From: an uncultured bacterium | GTDB lineage: Bacteria; Chloroflexota; UBA5177; JANWHV01 | Reading direction: 5' to 3' | Length of the DNA: 64,000 bases | Assembly: GCA_963729625.1 (NCBI GenBank) | Contig: CAVSOU010000010.1 | Location: forward strand, 1,312,001 to 1,376,000 | Shown: in pieces, positions 9,221-18,841 of the stretch | Layout of the letters: each line of letters starts with the position of its first letter | Numbering within the stretch: position 1 is the stretch's first letter | Notes under the pieces: model-generated | Told to the model about the DNA's origin: nothing | Seen by the model: the letters and a program-made list of their open reading frames with translations, nothing else | The model's database searches: none | Translations under genes and position numbers: made by a program

Positions 9221-11296
9221 TCAGGCGTGGTGCTGGGCCACGATAGTACCCTTATCGCCTACCGCGACGCACGTGTTGCCGTGGCAGCTGATGCCATTCA
9301 GCCCGTTCCCGGTGCCAGAAGTCTGGCTGTGCCAGGTCGTGCCCCCATCGGTAGTGGCCACGACGGCGCCCTGCTGGGCCACCGCAGAGCAGGTGCCAAC
9401 GGACGCGCAGCTGATGCCATTCAGCCCGTTCCCCGTGCCGGAGGTCTGGCTGTGCCAGGTCGTGCCCCCATCGGTAGTGGCCACGATGGCGCCCTGCTGG
9501 CCCACCGCGTAGCACGTAGCAACGGCCGGGCAGCTGATGCCATTCAGCCCGTTTGAGGTGCCTGAGATCTGGCCATGCCAGGTCTCACCGCCATCTGAAG
9601 TGGTCAAGATAATGCCCTGCTGGCCCACTGCGTAGCAGGTTGCAACGGCCGGGCAGCTGATGCCATTCATCCCGTTGCCGATGCCTGAGATCTGGCCCTG
9701 CCAGGTTGTGCCGCCATCGGTAGTAGCTACGATGGTGCCGTGCTGGCCTACTGCGTAGCACATGGTGGTCGGACAGCTGATGCCTCGCAGTCCGTTACCG
9801 GTGCCGGAGGTCTGGCTGTGCCAGGTCGTGCCCCCATCGGCAGTTGCCACGATAGTACCTTGCTGGCCCACCGCATAGCACGTAGTAGCGGCCGGGCAGC
9901 TAATGGCATTCAGCCCGTTGCCGGTGCCAGAGATCTGGCCGTGCCAGGTCGCGCCTCCATCGGCGGTGGCCTGTATGGTGCCGTTTTCGCCTACCGCATG
10001 GCAGGAGCCAACTCCAGAGCAGGTTATGGCAGACATGCGCAGGGCAATTCCCAAGTACGTTACCGGATAGGATCCGGCCTGAGCTGTCGGCTTGGGTGCA
10101 GCACTTTTCCCGCCCCCGCTGCTGCGCAGCAGCTCACCACCACCAGCCAAAGCCAGTAGCCCGGCGACAACCAGGAGCACGATGGCATACCGCGGGAGCT
10201 TCGGTCGAGGGCGTGTACCTGCCGGTGGCGCTTCCCGCGCGGCAACGGGTGGTGAGCTGGTCTCCTCGGCCAACACTACCGGTGAGGGCGAGGCTGGTAC
10301 CGGTTGAATCGACGCTTTAACCGAGTGTGGCGCATCCTGCGCAGCCACGGGTGATGCGGCGGCCTGCTCGGCTGTGACCGCCGGCGAGGGCGAGGCTGGT
10401 ACCGGTTGAATCGGCGCTCCAGCATAGGAAGGCCGCGCAGGTGGGGCGACGGCAGTCGGTTGCACGGCAGACTTGCCGAACTGGCCGGCTTCCTGCAAGG
10501 CCGCAATCAGCGCTGTTGCGGTGGGGTAACGGTCCTCGGGCGCCTTGGACAAGCCCTTGAGCAGAACCTCCTCGATGGCAGCCAGCAGGCTCGGATTCAC
10601 GGCACGCGGCAGCGGAAGCGGCTTGTGCACGTGGGCCAGCACGACTGCCAGCGGCGTGTCGCCGCTGAAGGGCACTTTGCCTGTCAGCATCTCGTAGGCA
10701 ACCACGGCCAGCGCATACCGGTCGGAGGCAGGGCCAACCTCCTCGCCCATGCCTTGCTCGGGCGCCATGTATTCGGGTGTGCCCACCGTAATCCCGGTGC
10801 TCGTGAGGCGCGACAGCGCTCCCACGATCTTGGCCAGGCCGAAGTCGGAAAGCACCGGCATGCCGTCACGGGCCAGCAGTATGTTGGAAGGCTTGATGTC
10901 GCGGTGCACTATGCCGCGCGCATGCGCGTAATCGATGGCCGCGGCGACTGGACGCAGGATGTCAAGCGTGTAGTCGAGTGGGAGCGGCGCTCCAAGCTGC
11001 TCGGCCAGCGTTCCGCCGTCGACGAACTCGCTGACAAGGTAGGTGATACCGCTCTCCTCGCCATAGTCGAACACGACCAGGATATTGGGGTGGCGCAGCT
11101 TTGCCACTGCGATCGCCTCCTGCTGGAAGCGCTCACGAAACCCTGCGTCGTCGGCGAAGAAGGCAGGCAGCACCTTGACGGCAACAAAGCGGGCCAGCGA
11201 CGCATGATAGGCCTTGTACACCGTTGCCATGCCGCCGCGCCCCACCTGCTCGATAATGCGGTAGGGTCCGATCGTGGCGCCGGGCGCCATGCTCAT
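9221..11296 (-). CDS. Ser/Thr protein kinase with TM helix and extracellular BNR/Asp-box (YCF48-like) beta-propeller
   Basis: Intact GRGGMATVY, VAVK, HRDIKPSN, DFG, GTPEYMAPE; Pro/Ala linker; TM helix; T.DGG.TW repeats. Start MSMAPG overlaps the cyclase stop (ATGA). Confidence 0.93.
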   Translation of the reverse strand: MSMAPGATIGPYRIIEQVGRGGMATVYKAYHASLARFVAVKVLPAFFADDAGFRERFQQEAIAVAKLRHPNILVVFDYGEESGITYLVSEFVDGGTLAEQLGAPLPLDYTLDILRPVAAAIDYAHARGIVHRDIKPSNILLARDGMPVLSDFGLAKIVGALSRLTSTGITVGTPEYMAPEQGMGEEVGPASDRYALAVVAYEMLTGKVPFSGDTPLAVVLAHVHKPLPLPRAVNPSLLAAIEEVLLKGLSKAPEDRYPTATALIAALQEAGQFGKSAVQPTAVAPPARPSYAGAPIQPVPASPSPAVTAEQAAASPVAAQDAPHSVKASIQPVPASPSPVVLAEETSSPPVAAREAPPAGTRPRPKLPRYAIVLLVVAGLLALAGGGELLRSSGGGKSAAPKPTAQAGSYPVTYLGIALRMSAITCSGVGSCHAVGENGTIQATADGGATWHGQISGTGNGLNAISCPAATTCYAVGQQGTIVATADGGTTWHSQTSGTGNGLRGISCPTTMCYAVGQHGTIVATTDGGTTWQGQISGIGNGMNGISCPAVATCYAVGQQGIILTTSDGGETWHGQISGTSNGLNGISCPAVATCYAVGQQGAIVATTDGGTTWHSQTSGTGNGLNGISCASVGTCSAVAQQGAVVATTDGGTTWHSQTSGTGNGLNGISCHGNTCVAVGDKGTIVAQHHA
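9224..10030 (-). repeat. Intragenic ~123-bp tandem repeats (about 7 propeller blades)
   Basis: Unit ISCPxxxTCYAVGQQGxIVATTDGGTTWxxQxSGTGNGLNG repeated with high DNA identity. Confidence 0.85.
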
Positions 11297-12360
11297 CCGT
11301 CGATCCCTTCGATCGCGTAAGCCTCGACCGGAGTTTTTCGTCCCTTCACGGTCAGCTGTCCGAGCGGACTGGCCCGCAATCCTGCCCCGGCCGCCTTCAG
11401 CACGGCTGCCGAGCAAATGATGCCGCCCGCCGGCGCGGCGCTTTGCAGGCGCGCGGCCACATTGACTGTATCGCCAATCGCCGTGTAGCACTGATACTGT
11501 TCGCTGCCCAGGTTTCCTACTATCGCCTCACCCGTATGCAGGCCGACCCCGTATTCCAGGTCCCGGCCGACTGCCTGCGTGGCCTGCTGAAAGGCAAGAG
11601 CACCCCGTACCGCCAGTCGCACATGATCCGCCTTCGGGGCGGGCGCGTTCCAGAGCGCCAGGATGGCATCGCCAATGTAGCGATCGATCGTGGCACCCTC
11701 GGCGCCCAACGCTGCTACCGCGGCACCGTGGTAACGTAGCAGCAGCCGCGAGACCGTCTCGGGCTCCTCCGCCTCGGCAAAGGTGGTATAGCCGCGCACG
11801 TCGGCATGCAGCACGCTGACGACCTGGCGCACGCCGCCTACGCCGATGAACGAGGGTCGATTGGCGACTTGTTCGGCAACCGCGCTGCCGAGGTAGCGAC
11901 TCAGGGCGTCGCGCAGTCGTGCTTCCTTCGCTCCTGCCGGATCATTTGGGCTGGGACGCGCCTGCGCATCCAGCTCTTCGGCGACGAAGAAGACCCCAGC
12001 CAAAGCGCCCGCATCGTCGCACAGTGGCCCAGCATTAGCACGCAGCTTGGCACGGCGGCCATCAGGCAGAGTCGCGGTCAGGGTGTGCGCGGCCGCGCTT
12101 CCCGCGCGAGACGCGAGGATGTAGAGGCGAAGCATACGATGCGCCAACGAGGGGCCGAACACGTCAGGATAGAGGCACCCGATCGCGCTCTCTGCTCGAA
12201 TACCGAAGAGCTGCTCGGCAACGACGTTCAGCATGGTGATTCTGCCTGCCGTGTCCATGGCCACCACGGCCGTGGGCGCGGCGTGCAACATTGCCAGGTT
12301 GATTCCAGCTGCGACGGCCGCCTGTGAGGCGACCACTCCTATACCTGTAACGGCTTCCAT
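11293..12360 (-). CDS. PAS-domain class III adenylate/guanylate cyclase
   Basis: PAS (VVAMDTAGRITMLN..AEQLFG); cyclase motifs SVLHADVRGYT, IDRYIGDAILA, GLHTG..VGNLG, YTAIGDTVNVAARLQ; RBS GGAGAGG before MEAVTG. Confidence 0.9.
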   Translation of the reverse strand: MEAVTGIGVVASQAAVAAGINLAMLHAAPTAVVAMDTAGRITMLNVVAEQLFGIRAESAIGCLYPDVFGPSLAHRMLRLYILASRAGSAAAHTLTATLPDGRRAKLRANAGPLCDDAGALAGVFFVAEELDAQARPSPNDPAGAKEARLRDALSRYLGSAVAEQVANRPSFIGVGGVRQVVSVLHADVRGYTTFAEAEEPETVSRLLLRYHGAAVAALGAEGATIDRYIGDAILALWNAPAPKADHVRLAVRGALAFQQATQAVGRDLEYGVGLHTGEAIVGNLGSEQYQCYTAIGDTVNVAARLQSAAPAGGIICSAAVLKAAGAGLRASPLGQLTVKGRKTPVEAYAIEGIDG

Positions 12361-12561
12361 GACACGGTGCCTCTCCCGGCAGAGCAAGTATGGTGAACCT
12401 ACGCCCGGGTCTTGCCGCGACCGGCCTGACGCGCTCGCTTCCGCACGTGTCTATCTTCGCACAAAATCAACGCGTGCGCCTGGCTTCCACGCCCTGAATG
12501 GGCAGTGCGACTCGAGACTACAGTGCTCCGCCAGGCATCGGCCATCTAGTAGTCAGTGTAT

Positions 12562-12589
12562 CGTGGGTTCGAGTCCCACCACCGTTACC
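12562..12589 (+). other. tRNA 3'-end-like fragment (T-arm plus acceptor strand); possible att remnant
   Basis: GTGGG-TTCGAGT-CCCAC-CACCGTTACC forms a perfect T-stem/loop; no matching 5' half found upstream. Confidence 0.4.
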
Positions 12590-12636
12590 CGCCAAGAGGC
12601 CAGCACGAAGCCACCATGTCACTGTTACAACTGCCA

Positions 12637-15600
12637 TCAGCTGGAACGAATCTCGACACCCTGTTGACTGGCTGCGACGATGTTGCCGAGCAAGTTCGCC
12701 GAGTCGGTTATGGGAATCGAGATCGCCGGGCCAGTGAGACTGGAGAACGAACAAGAGGCAATAGACGGCCTGCTAGTGTCGTCTGCCCAGATGCCATCAC
12801 CTTGCGACTGGGCAAAGACACTATCCGTGATCGTTGGATTGGCCCCTCGCACGACAGAGAGCACGCCTTCACCGGCTCCGCCGAAACCGCCAAAGGAGAC
12901 CTGCACGTGGCTTAGGATGGACTTTCCGCCGCTGGCTCCGTCCAGGATTATGTTCTGCCAGTCGCCCGCAGCGGGCCGCGAGCTGTTGCTCGTCACCACG
13001 ATGGGCGCATCGGCGCTGCCCAGGGCCCGCAAACCGCCCTCCACATGAAATGTTGCTCCGCGTGCCATCCTAAGCTCAACCCCTGGTTCGATCGACAGTG
13101 TCACATCCGCACTCACCAGTGCGCCATCCACAATGAGCGGTGCGTGCTGAAAGCGCCAGGTGGCGTCATGCCGCATAGGCGTGTCCCGCACCTCGATGCC
13201 CTGTTGATTTGGTCCCGCCGACGTCCCGGTAACGAACCTCATGCCGTCTACGGGAACCGAGATGGCCACCGCACCGCCTCCGGCGAATGCACAGTTGCTG
13301 ATCGTGGGTCTGCTATGGTCGTCAGCCCATATCGCGACGCTCTTCGCCTGCGCAAACACACTGTTACTGATTGCCGGAGCCGCTCCGGCGATCGCCGACA
13401 GCATTCCGTCGCCAGAACCATGGCTCCCGTAGGAAAGCCACACGTGGTTGAGAATGGACTCGTTGGTCCCCGTGCCGACGAAGTCTATGGCTTTCCAGTC
13501 GCCAGGAGCCGGATCATCTTCGTCGCTGGTAAGAATGATCGGCGTAGCCTCGCTACCCTGAGCCACCAGGGTGCCTGCGACGCTGAATGTCGCTCCCGAG
13601 GCCATTCGAATGACCGTGCCCCGATCAATCTTCAACGTGACGCCGGAGTTCAATGTGCCGCCGTCCAGCACGAAGGGCGCGTCCTGCGCATGCCAGGTGC
13701 CGTCATGCGTAATGTCCGTGCTGCGCACCTCTATGCCGATCTGGTTTTCGCCCAGCACGGAGCCGGCCACTTGGGCTGCGCCGTCCGCAGGCACGGAGAT
13801 TGCCGAACCGGCATCGTCGGCAAACACACAGTTGCTGATGGCAGGGCGACTGGCGTCATCCGCCCAAATCCCGCCCGACCTCCCATGGGCAAATACGGTG
13901 TGGCTAACAGTTGGCGTCGCTCCATCGATCACCGACAACATGCCGCCACTGGCGCCGCTCGCACCACCGTAATACACGTCTACATTCTCGAGCACGCTGC
14001 TGCTGGCACCGGCGCCGTCCAGCACGATATCGTCCCAATTTCCGGCCTCTGGTTGCGCACTCTGGCTCGTAATGATGATCGGTGCGCTGGAGCTGCTCGC
14101 GGCACGCAGAGTGCCCTGGATGTGGAGACTTGCCGCGGTTGCCATGCGGATCACAGTGCCTGGTGCTATCATAAGGGCCGCACCGTCGTCTACTGTGGCG
14201 CCGTCGAGCACGTAGGGCGCATCCTGCTGCTGCCACACGGTGGAATGGCCAACAACCGTGTCGCGAATCTCGATCCCGTTCTGGGCGGCGCCGAGCTCGG
14301 TGCCGGTCACGAACCCCGCTTCCTCAGCTGAAACGGACACGGCGAATACCGCGTCCGCGCCGAAGACACAGTCACTGATCGTGGGCCGGCTAGAATCGTC
14401 GACCCAGACGCCATCCGACTGGGCCTGTGAGAACACGCTCTGTCCAATCGTCGGGCTGGCCCCACCAGTTACTGAGAGTATCCCCGCTTCACCTCCGCGC
14501 CCGCTGCCATAAAAAGCCTGGACGTACTCCAGCACGCTTCCGCTGGCTGCCGCACCCGCGATGCTGATTGCGTGCCAATCGCCCGGCCGCGGCACTTCCG
14601 CGGCACTGGTGAAGATGATCGGCGATGCGGCATTGCCCTCTGCCAGGAGGGTCCCGTTCACGCCAAGTGACGTGCCGATACTCATCTTGATCACTGTGCC
14701 GGGCGCGATCGTCAGCGTCGCGCTTGTAGGGACCGTCACGCTGCTCGGCACATATACCACTCCCGACCAACGTGCTTGCACCGGGTTGGTTGCGGTCATG
14801 GTTGCGGTCGCGCCGACCGGGGGGAGGGCAATCTGCGCCGGAGGAGGCTGCGGTAGGTTCAGCACTGGGTGGGCTGGTGGTGGCAAAGGAAGGTTCAATA
14901 CAGGCGGAACAGTGGTAGGAGCGCTGTTCGGCACATTGTTCACCCAGGACACAACTCCGCCAAGACTCACAGCCTGAGGTTGCTGAGGTACCCCGCTTGC
15001 GAGCACGACGCTCTGCTCGCCGGTGCCGACAAGCACGCTCTTACCGTTGCTGGTGACCTGCACTTCGCCCTCGATGACCGTCACGACTGCAGCGTTGGTC
15101 TTGGGATCCAGTCTCACATCCAGGCGCGTGCCCCTGGTGGCCGCCACTGCCGTGCCGGCCTGAATCTGATGGCTCACGGCGCCATGAACTAACTCTAGGA
15201 ATAGCTCGCCGCGCGAAAGGGTGAGATGGAGTGGATCCTTGATTACTACGTCAGTATTCCCGTTGAGGTCGACCAATGAGCCGTCGCGGAGTGCGAGCGA
15301 CGCAAACTGCCCCGCGTCAGTGATAGCGTGGTAGCGGTCCAACAGGTCGGTGCCAACTCTCCCCGGAAGGGACTGGGCACGTGGCGGCTGAACGAGCATA
15401 CCAACCTTGATGGCGGCAACCGTCGCGGGCGGGCCAGGAACCACCGGAACGCTCAGCCTGGCCGTTGCATAGCCGCGGCTCTCGGCTTGCACCAGCATGC
15501 TGCCGGACGCAACGGCGTGAACCTCAATCTTGAGCACGCCGCGTGGTGCGGTGCCCACGATCGGCAGGCCAATCCCGGTGGCCGAGATCACAGCCCCGGG

Positions 15601-15828
15601 AACTGGCCGATTTGCTGCGTCGGTGACTCGTACTGCGAGCGTCACGTCACGGCCAAGTTTTACTTCGGCAGGCTGGACGTTGATGCGAAGGATCCGTGTA
15701 CCGGACCCTGTTGTAGCGGCGCCAGACTCAGCCACCGCGGCTTGAACCGGTGCCGATCTGGCTGAAGTCAACGGGATATGTCCAACGAGCAACACAGCCA
15801 GCACCAGGCCAAGACGGAGCAAGCGCAC
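12637..15828 (-). CDS. Secreted FecR-domain protein with Ig-like domain and four parallel beta-helix units (paralog 1)
   Basis: GGAGG then GTG 15828; signal peptide; ASLALRDGSLVDLNGNT..GELFLE..AVAATRGTRLDV..VVTVIEGEVQV (FecR); Pro-rich linker; L.I.PGT..GTL.A.G..PII.TS..PGDW repeats. Confidence 0.85.
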   Translation of the reverse strand: MRLLRLGLVLAVLLVGHIPLTSARSAPVQAAVAESGAATTGSGTRILRINVQPAEVKLGRDVTLAVRVTDAANRPVPGAVISATGIGLPIVGTAPRGVLKIEVHAVASGSMLVQAESRGYATARLSVPVVPGPPATVAAIKVGMLVQPPRAQSLPGRVGTDLLDRYHAITDAGQFASLALRDGSLVDLNGNTDVVIKDPLHLTLSRGELFLELVHGAVSHQIQAGTAVAATRGTRLDVRLDPKTNAAVVTVIEGEVQVTSNGKSVLVGTGEQSVVLASGVPQQPQAVSLGGVVSWVNNVPNSAPTTVPPVLNLPLPPPAHPVLNLPQPPPAQIALPPVGATATMTATNPVQARWSGVVYVPSSVTVPTSATLTIAPGTVIKMSIGTSLGVNGTLLAEGNAASPIIFTSAAEVPRPGDWHAISIAGAAASGSVLEYVQAFYGSGRGGEAGILSVTGGASPTIGQSVFSQAQSDGVWVDDSSRPTISDCVFGADAVFAVSVSAEEAGFVTGTELGAAQNGIEIRDTVVGHSTVWQQQDAPYVLDGATVDDGAALMIAPGTVIRMATAASLHIQGTLRAASSSSAPIIITSQSAQPEAGNWDDIVLDGAGASSSVLENVDVYYGGASGASGGMLSVIDGATPTVSHTVFAHGRSGGIWADDASRPAISNCVFADDAGSAISVPADGAAQVAGSVLGENQIGIEVRSTDITHDGTWHAQDAPFVLDGGTLNSGVTLKIDRGTVIRMASGATFSVAGTLVAQGSEATPIILTSDEDDPAPGDWKAIDFVGTGTNESILNHVWLSYGSHGSGDGMLSAIAGAAPAISNSVFAQAKSVAIWADDHSRPTISNCAFAGGGAVAISVPVDGMRFVTGTSAGPNQQGIEVRDTPMRHDATWRFQHAPLIVDGALVSADVTLSIEPGVELRMARGATFHVEGGLRALGSADAPIVVTSNSSRPAAGDWQNIILDGASGGKSILSHVQVSFGGFGGAGEGVLSVVRGANPTITDSVFAQSQGDGIWADDTSRPSIASCSFSSLTGPAISIPITDSANLLGNIVAASQQGVEIRSS

Positions 15829-16351
15829 TATCTCTACCTCCAAGGAAGGCCTGCTGACATGGAGCAAGGCTGGTCATCTACGTGCCACGTCGGCTATCTC
15901 GTGGGTCAGGGGGTTGACCTCAAGCTAAGGGGCTCGAACCTACGTGTCAAGTTGGGCGTCTATTTGGTGGATGCGCCAACCCTGACAGCAGTGATCAGCC
16001 GAGAGAGTTTGTCATGGCGTTGTGTGCAGCGCGCCCACCTGGAGTCCCAGAGCGCGTGCCTGCCCGAGCATCGGCGACCAACGTCTCGCACGCGGGATCG
16101 GCGAACGGTCCGTTATGGTTCGGCCAAGCCGACGTCACCCAATGACGCGCAGGGTAGGGCGTAGCCACGGCAGGGTTGGGCGGTCTGCATCAGACCGGTA
16201 TTCCAGACATAGCCCCATCGACGGCGCCGCTCAACTCGCGGGCACCCTGACACGTGAACACGCCGCAGAGCCTGGCTGCGCTGACCACGCGGGTTTCGCA
16301 CGCCGTGAGACGTAGCCTGCGTCTACGGGATGCAGATCGCTGCGAACGCGC

Positions 16352-17227
16352 TCAGGCGTGAGACAGAACCTTCTTCCCCGTTGTGCCTGTCCGCACCAGC
16401 ATCATGGTTGCCGCTTGATCGTGATCCAGTCGCTCCGCCACGGATCGCGATGCCCAGCCGGTCAGTTGCGTGCTCCCGCGAGTCGCAAGCACGACCAACT
16501 GCCCGCTGTGGCTCACAGATTGGATCTCTGCCGTGGGATCCCCCAGGACCACCCGGCACTCTCCCACGGTTATCCCTTGCGCAGCCAGCCGCTGCGAGAT
16601 CGACTCGAGGTATTGCTGCGCGGCCGCTCGCTCTGCTTCTCTCCCAATCACCCGTATCAGAGTTACGTCGTGTGCGATTGGTGCGAGGGATACGGCAACC
16701 GGCAGTGCGTCCTCATGCTCGGGCGAGCCATCCAGAGGTACCAGCACGTGCTCGAGGGAGATGGGAGCGCTGGAAGCGTGCACCAGGAGGATCGGCGCCG
16801 TCCCATGGCGCAGCACACGTTCGGCTACAGACCCGAATGCGAAGCGCGCCAGTCCACTGCGACCGTGGGTGCTCATGACAACCATATCGATACCTTCATC
16901 GCGCACATACTTGATAAGCGCCGATGCGACGTGGTGTCCATGTTCTTTCAGAGTGGCCGTTCGTCCGGCAACCCCGTTCTTGGCGAGGCGCTGGCACACT
17001 GCGTCCAGGTAGTCTGAGGCCGCTCGCACGTCACCCTCTAGGAGGTCGTTGCAGGCGTCCTGTGGAACATATGCCGCCCCGCCCACCGTCATTCGGGCAG
17101 CAGGCAAGCGCACCACACGGACGAGATCAATAGTTGCACCGTTCGCCTTGGCCATTTGATCGGCGATCGGGAGCGCGCATTCGGCTAGCTCTGAGCCATC
17201 TAGAGGAACCATCAGGTGGTGAAACAT
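16352..17227 (-). CDS. Tandem-domain universal stress protein
   Basis: LMVPLDGSELAE..VVMSTHGRSGL.RFAFGSVAERVLR; second domain VLVPLDGS. Confidence 0.93.
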   Translation of the reverse strand: MFHHLMVPLDGSELAECALPIADQMAKANGATIDLVRVVRLPAARMTVGGAAYVPQDACNDLLEGDVRAASDYLDAVCQRLAKNGVAGRTATLKEHGHHVASALIKYVRDEGIDMVVMSTHGRSGLARFAFGSVAERVLRHGTAPILLVHASSAPISLEHVLVPLDGSPEHEDALPVAVSLAPIAHDVTLIRVIGREAERAAAQQYLESISQRLAAQGITVGECRVVLGDPTAEIQSVSHSGQLVVLATRGSTQLTGWASRSVAERLDHDQAATMMLVRTGTTGKKVLSHA

Positions 17228-17485
17228 GATCTGCTCTCCTTTCTTGCTGCATCGCAGCCCGTAGCTGCTTAAGAAGCGAACGCAGCTTGCGGCTCACCGC
17301 ACGGCGTTCGCCGACTATTCGAGCGTCAAGTCAGCTGCCTCCAATCGCTTTATGGTCTGCCTCCAAGACCGTCGTACGCCTGTCGGGCGTGAATATGAAG
17401 GGCCGACCGTCACTGTCGTGACGCTAAACGTCACAATGTGTACGATAGTGGCTGCCATCAATGACTTCGAGCCAAGCGTACCTGC

Positions 17486-18520
17486 CTAACCCTGAGCCCG
17501 CCAGACCGCGGCAAAGTGTTTCGTCAGGTCCAGATACTGCGTGCCGTAGTGAATGCTGGGTTCGATGGTGTTGCCAAGATACCACTGGTTGAAGCTGCTG
17601 ATTGTGATCCACGCGGGCTTGCTGGCGATCGCTGCCTGCCAGCTCAAGGTGTATGTGGCTCCGTTGTCCCGCGGCACCACCAGCGGCTGGGGTTTCTGGC
17701 TATCGTTATAGCCCGGCAGCACGCCCGCGATCCAGAGTTTCTTCGTGCCGTGCGCCTGGTTGTACGCGTCGACCTTGGCGCGGAAGTTCTGGTAGAGCAT
17801 GATCATGTCGTGCTGGGTGATCCCCCAGTAGCCGGCTCCGACGAGGTGCATGCTGTCGAAGGTGTCGTCCAGCACAGTCACCTCGATAGTGTCCAGCGAC
17901 CAGAACGTCTTGCGCTGGGGATCGACCTGCTTGCGAATTGCTGCCCAGGTGGCCTGCGTGCGCCCGCCGCCAAAAGCGTCCCAGATGAAGAATACCGGCT
18001 TCCCCTGCCAGTGGAAGTAGGTGGATCGCGCGGTGTACGAAGCGATCGCGTAGTGGAGTTGCTGCTCGATGCGCGACTCGGTCTGCAGCAATGCGCCATC
18101 ATCTTCCAGCTGAATCGCAAGCACGAACTGCGTGCCGGTCTTCTTGTTCCACGCGGCGACGCGGTCCAGCATCGTGGCGAAATTGCTGTCCTCGGAGCTC
18201 CCCTTCCCCCACCAGGAGACGATGAAGCCCGTGACGCCGGCCCGCGATGCTTCGGCTATCTGGTCGTCAATGACCTTCGCATCATTCGAGCTGTACCTGG
18301 TGGCAGGCAAGTCGGACATCGTACAGGAGCACCAGCTCGACCGCGTGTACCAGGGGTAGTAGAAGGCAAGAACCGGCCGTTCAACGCCCGCCGCCGCGGC
18401 GTGCGGGAGCGCGGCCCCCGGCAGGGTCCCAAGCGTGAGCAGCAGCGCAAGAATGGCGATCCACAGCCTGCCAGGCTGCAAGGTATACACGGTACGAGTG
18501 GACGCATCGGCGTGAGTCAT
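17486..18520 (-). CDS. Secreted GH99/GH71-like (endo-alpha-mannosidase fold) protein with catalytic Glu pair replaced
   Basis: GGAGG then ATG 18520; signal peptide; VLAFYYPWY, GFIVSWWG, GKPVFFIW, GVLPGYND, PRDNG.TY..W, ISSFNQWYLGNTIEPS. Confidence 0.8.
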   Translation of the reverse strand: MTHADASTRTVYTLQPGRLWIAILALLLTLGTLPGAALPHAAAAGVERPVLAFYYPWYTRSSWCSCTMSDLPATRYSSNDAKVIDDQIAEASRAGVTGFIVSWWGKGSSEDSNFATMLDRVAAWNKKTGTQFVLAIQLEDDGALLQTESRIEQQLHYAIASYTARSTYFHWQGKPVFFIWDAFGGGRTQATWAAIRKQVDPQRKTFWSLDTIEVTVLDDTFDSMHLVGAGYWGITQHDMIMLYQNFRAKVDAYNQAHGTKKLWIAGVLPGYNDSQKPQPLVVPRDNGATYTLSWQAAIASKPAWITISSFNQWYLGNTIEPSIHYGTQYLDLTKHFAAVWRAQG

Positions 18521-18727
18521 CGGCTTTTCCCCTCCAATATCCGAGTGTATCGCCCAGGCGATGGTTGCAGTTTGACTGGTACCGTCGAGATCGTACGCTG
18601 TGCTTCCCGGGTTTCCAGACCAATCCGGCAATCGTGCTCCGGGCCGCGGCGCGTATTGCCTGACTCGGATCCCCACGAGACCGCCGCTGCGCGGCAGGTT
18701 GGCGCAGGTTGCCGGAATCTGCCTATC

Positions 18728-18756
18728 TTGACAGCAACGGCCTCGGCATGTAGGGT
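18728..18756 (+). promoter_or_regulatory. Sigma70-type promoter for FecR paralog 2
   Basis: TTGACA-17 bp-TAGGGT, 85 bp upstream of ATG 18842. Confidence 0.5.
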
Positions 18757-18841
18757 AAGATGTTGCCCTGGAACGGCGTGCACCGCCTCTCACATCCTCA
18801 TGTGCAACGGGCGCACGTTCACTGCCAGTCTGGAGGCCGAC

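Noticed and set aside
15914-15950. TTGACCTCAAG resembling half of a SoxR/MerR operator
   Set aside because: The second half-site is missing and no MerR-family gene or matching downstream ORF is present.
17418-17434. GTGACG-N5-CGTCAC palindrome upstream of the usp gene, considered as a CRP site
   Set aside because: Spacing does not fit TGTGA-N6-TCACA, and a single short palindrome could be chance.
17516-18841. Apparent 1495-aa giant ORF
   Set aside because: The 5' part is antisense to the GH99-like gene; promoter, RBS and signal peptide place the start at 18842.
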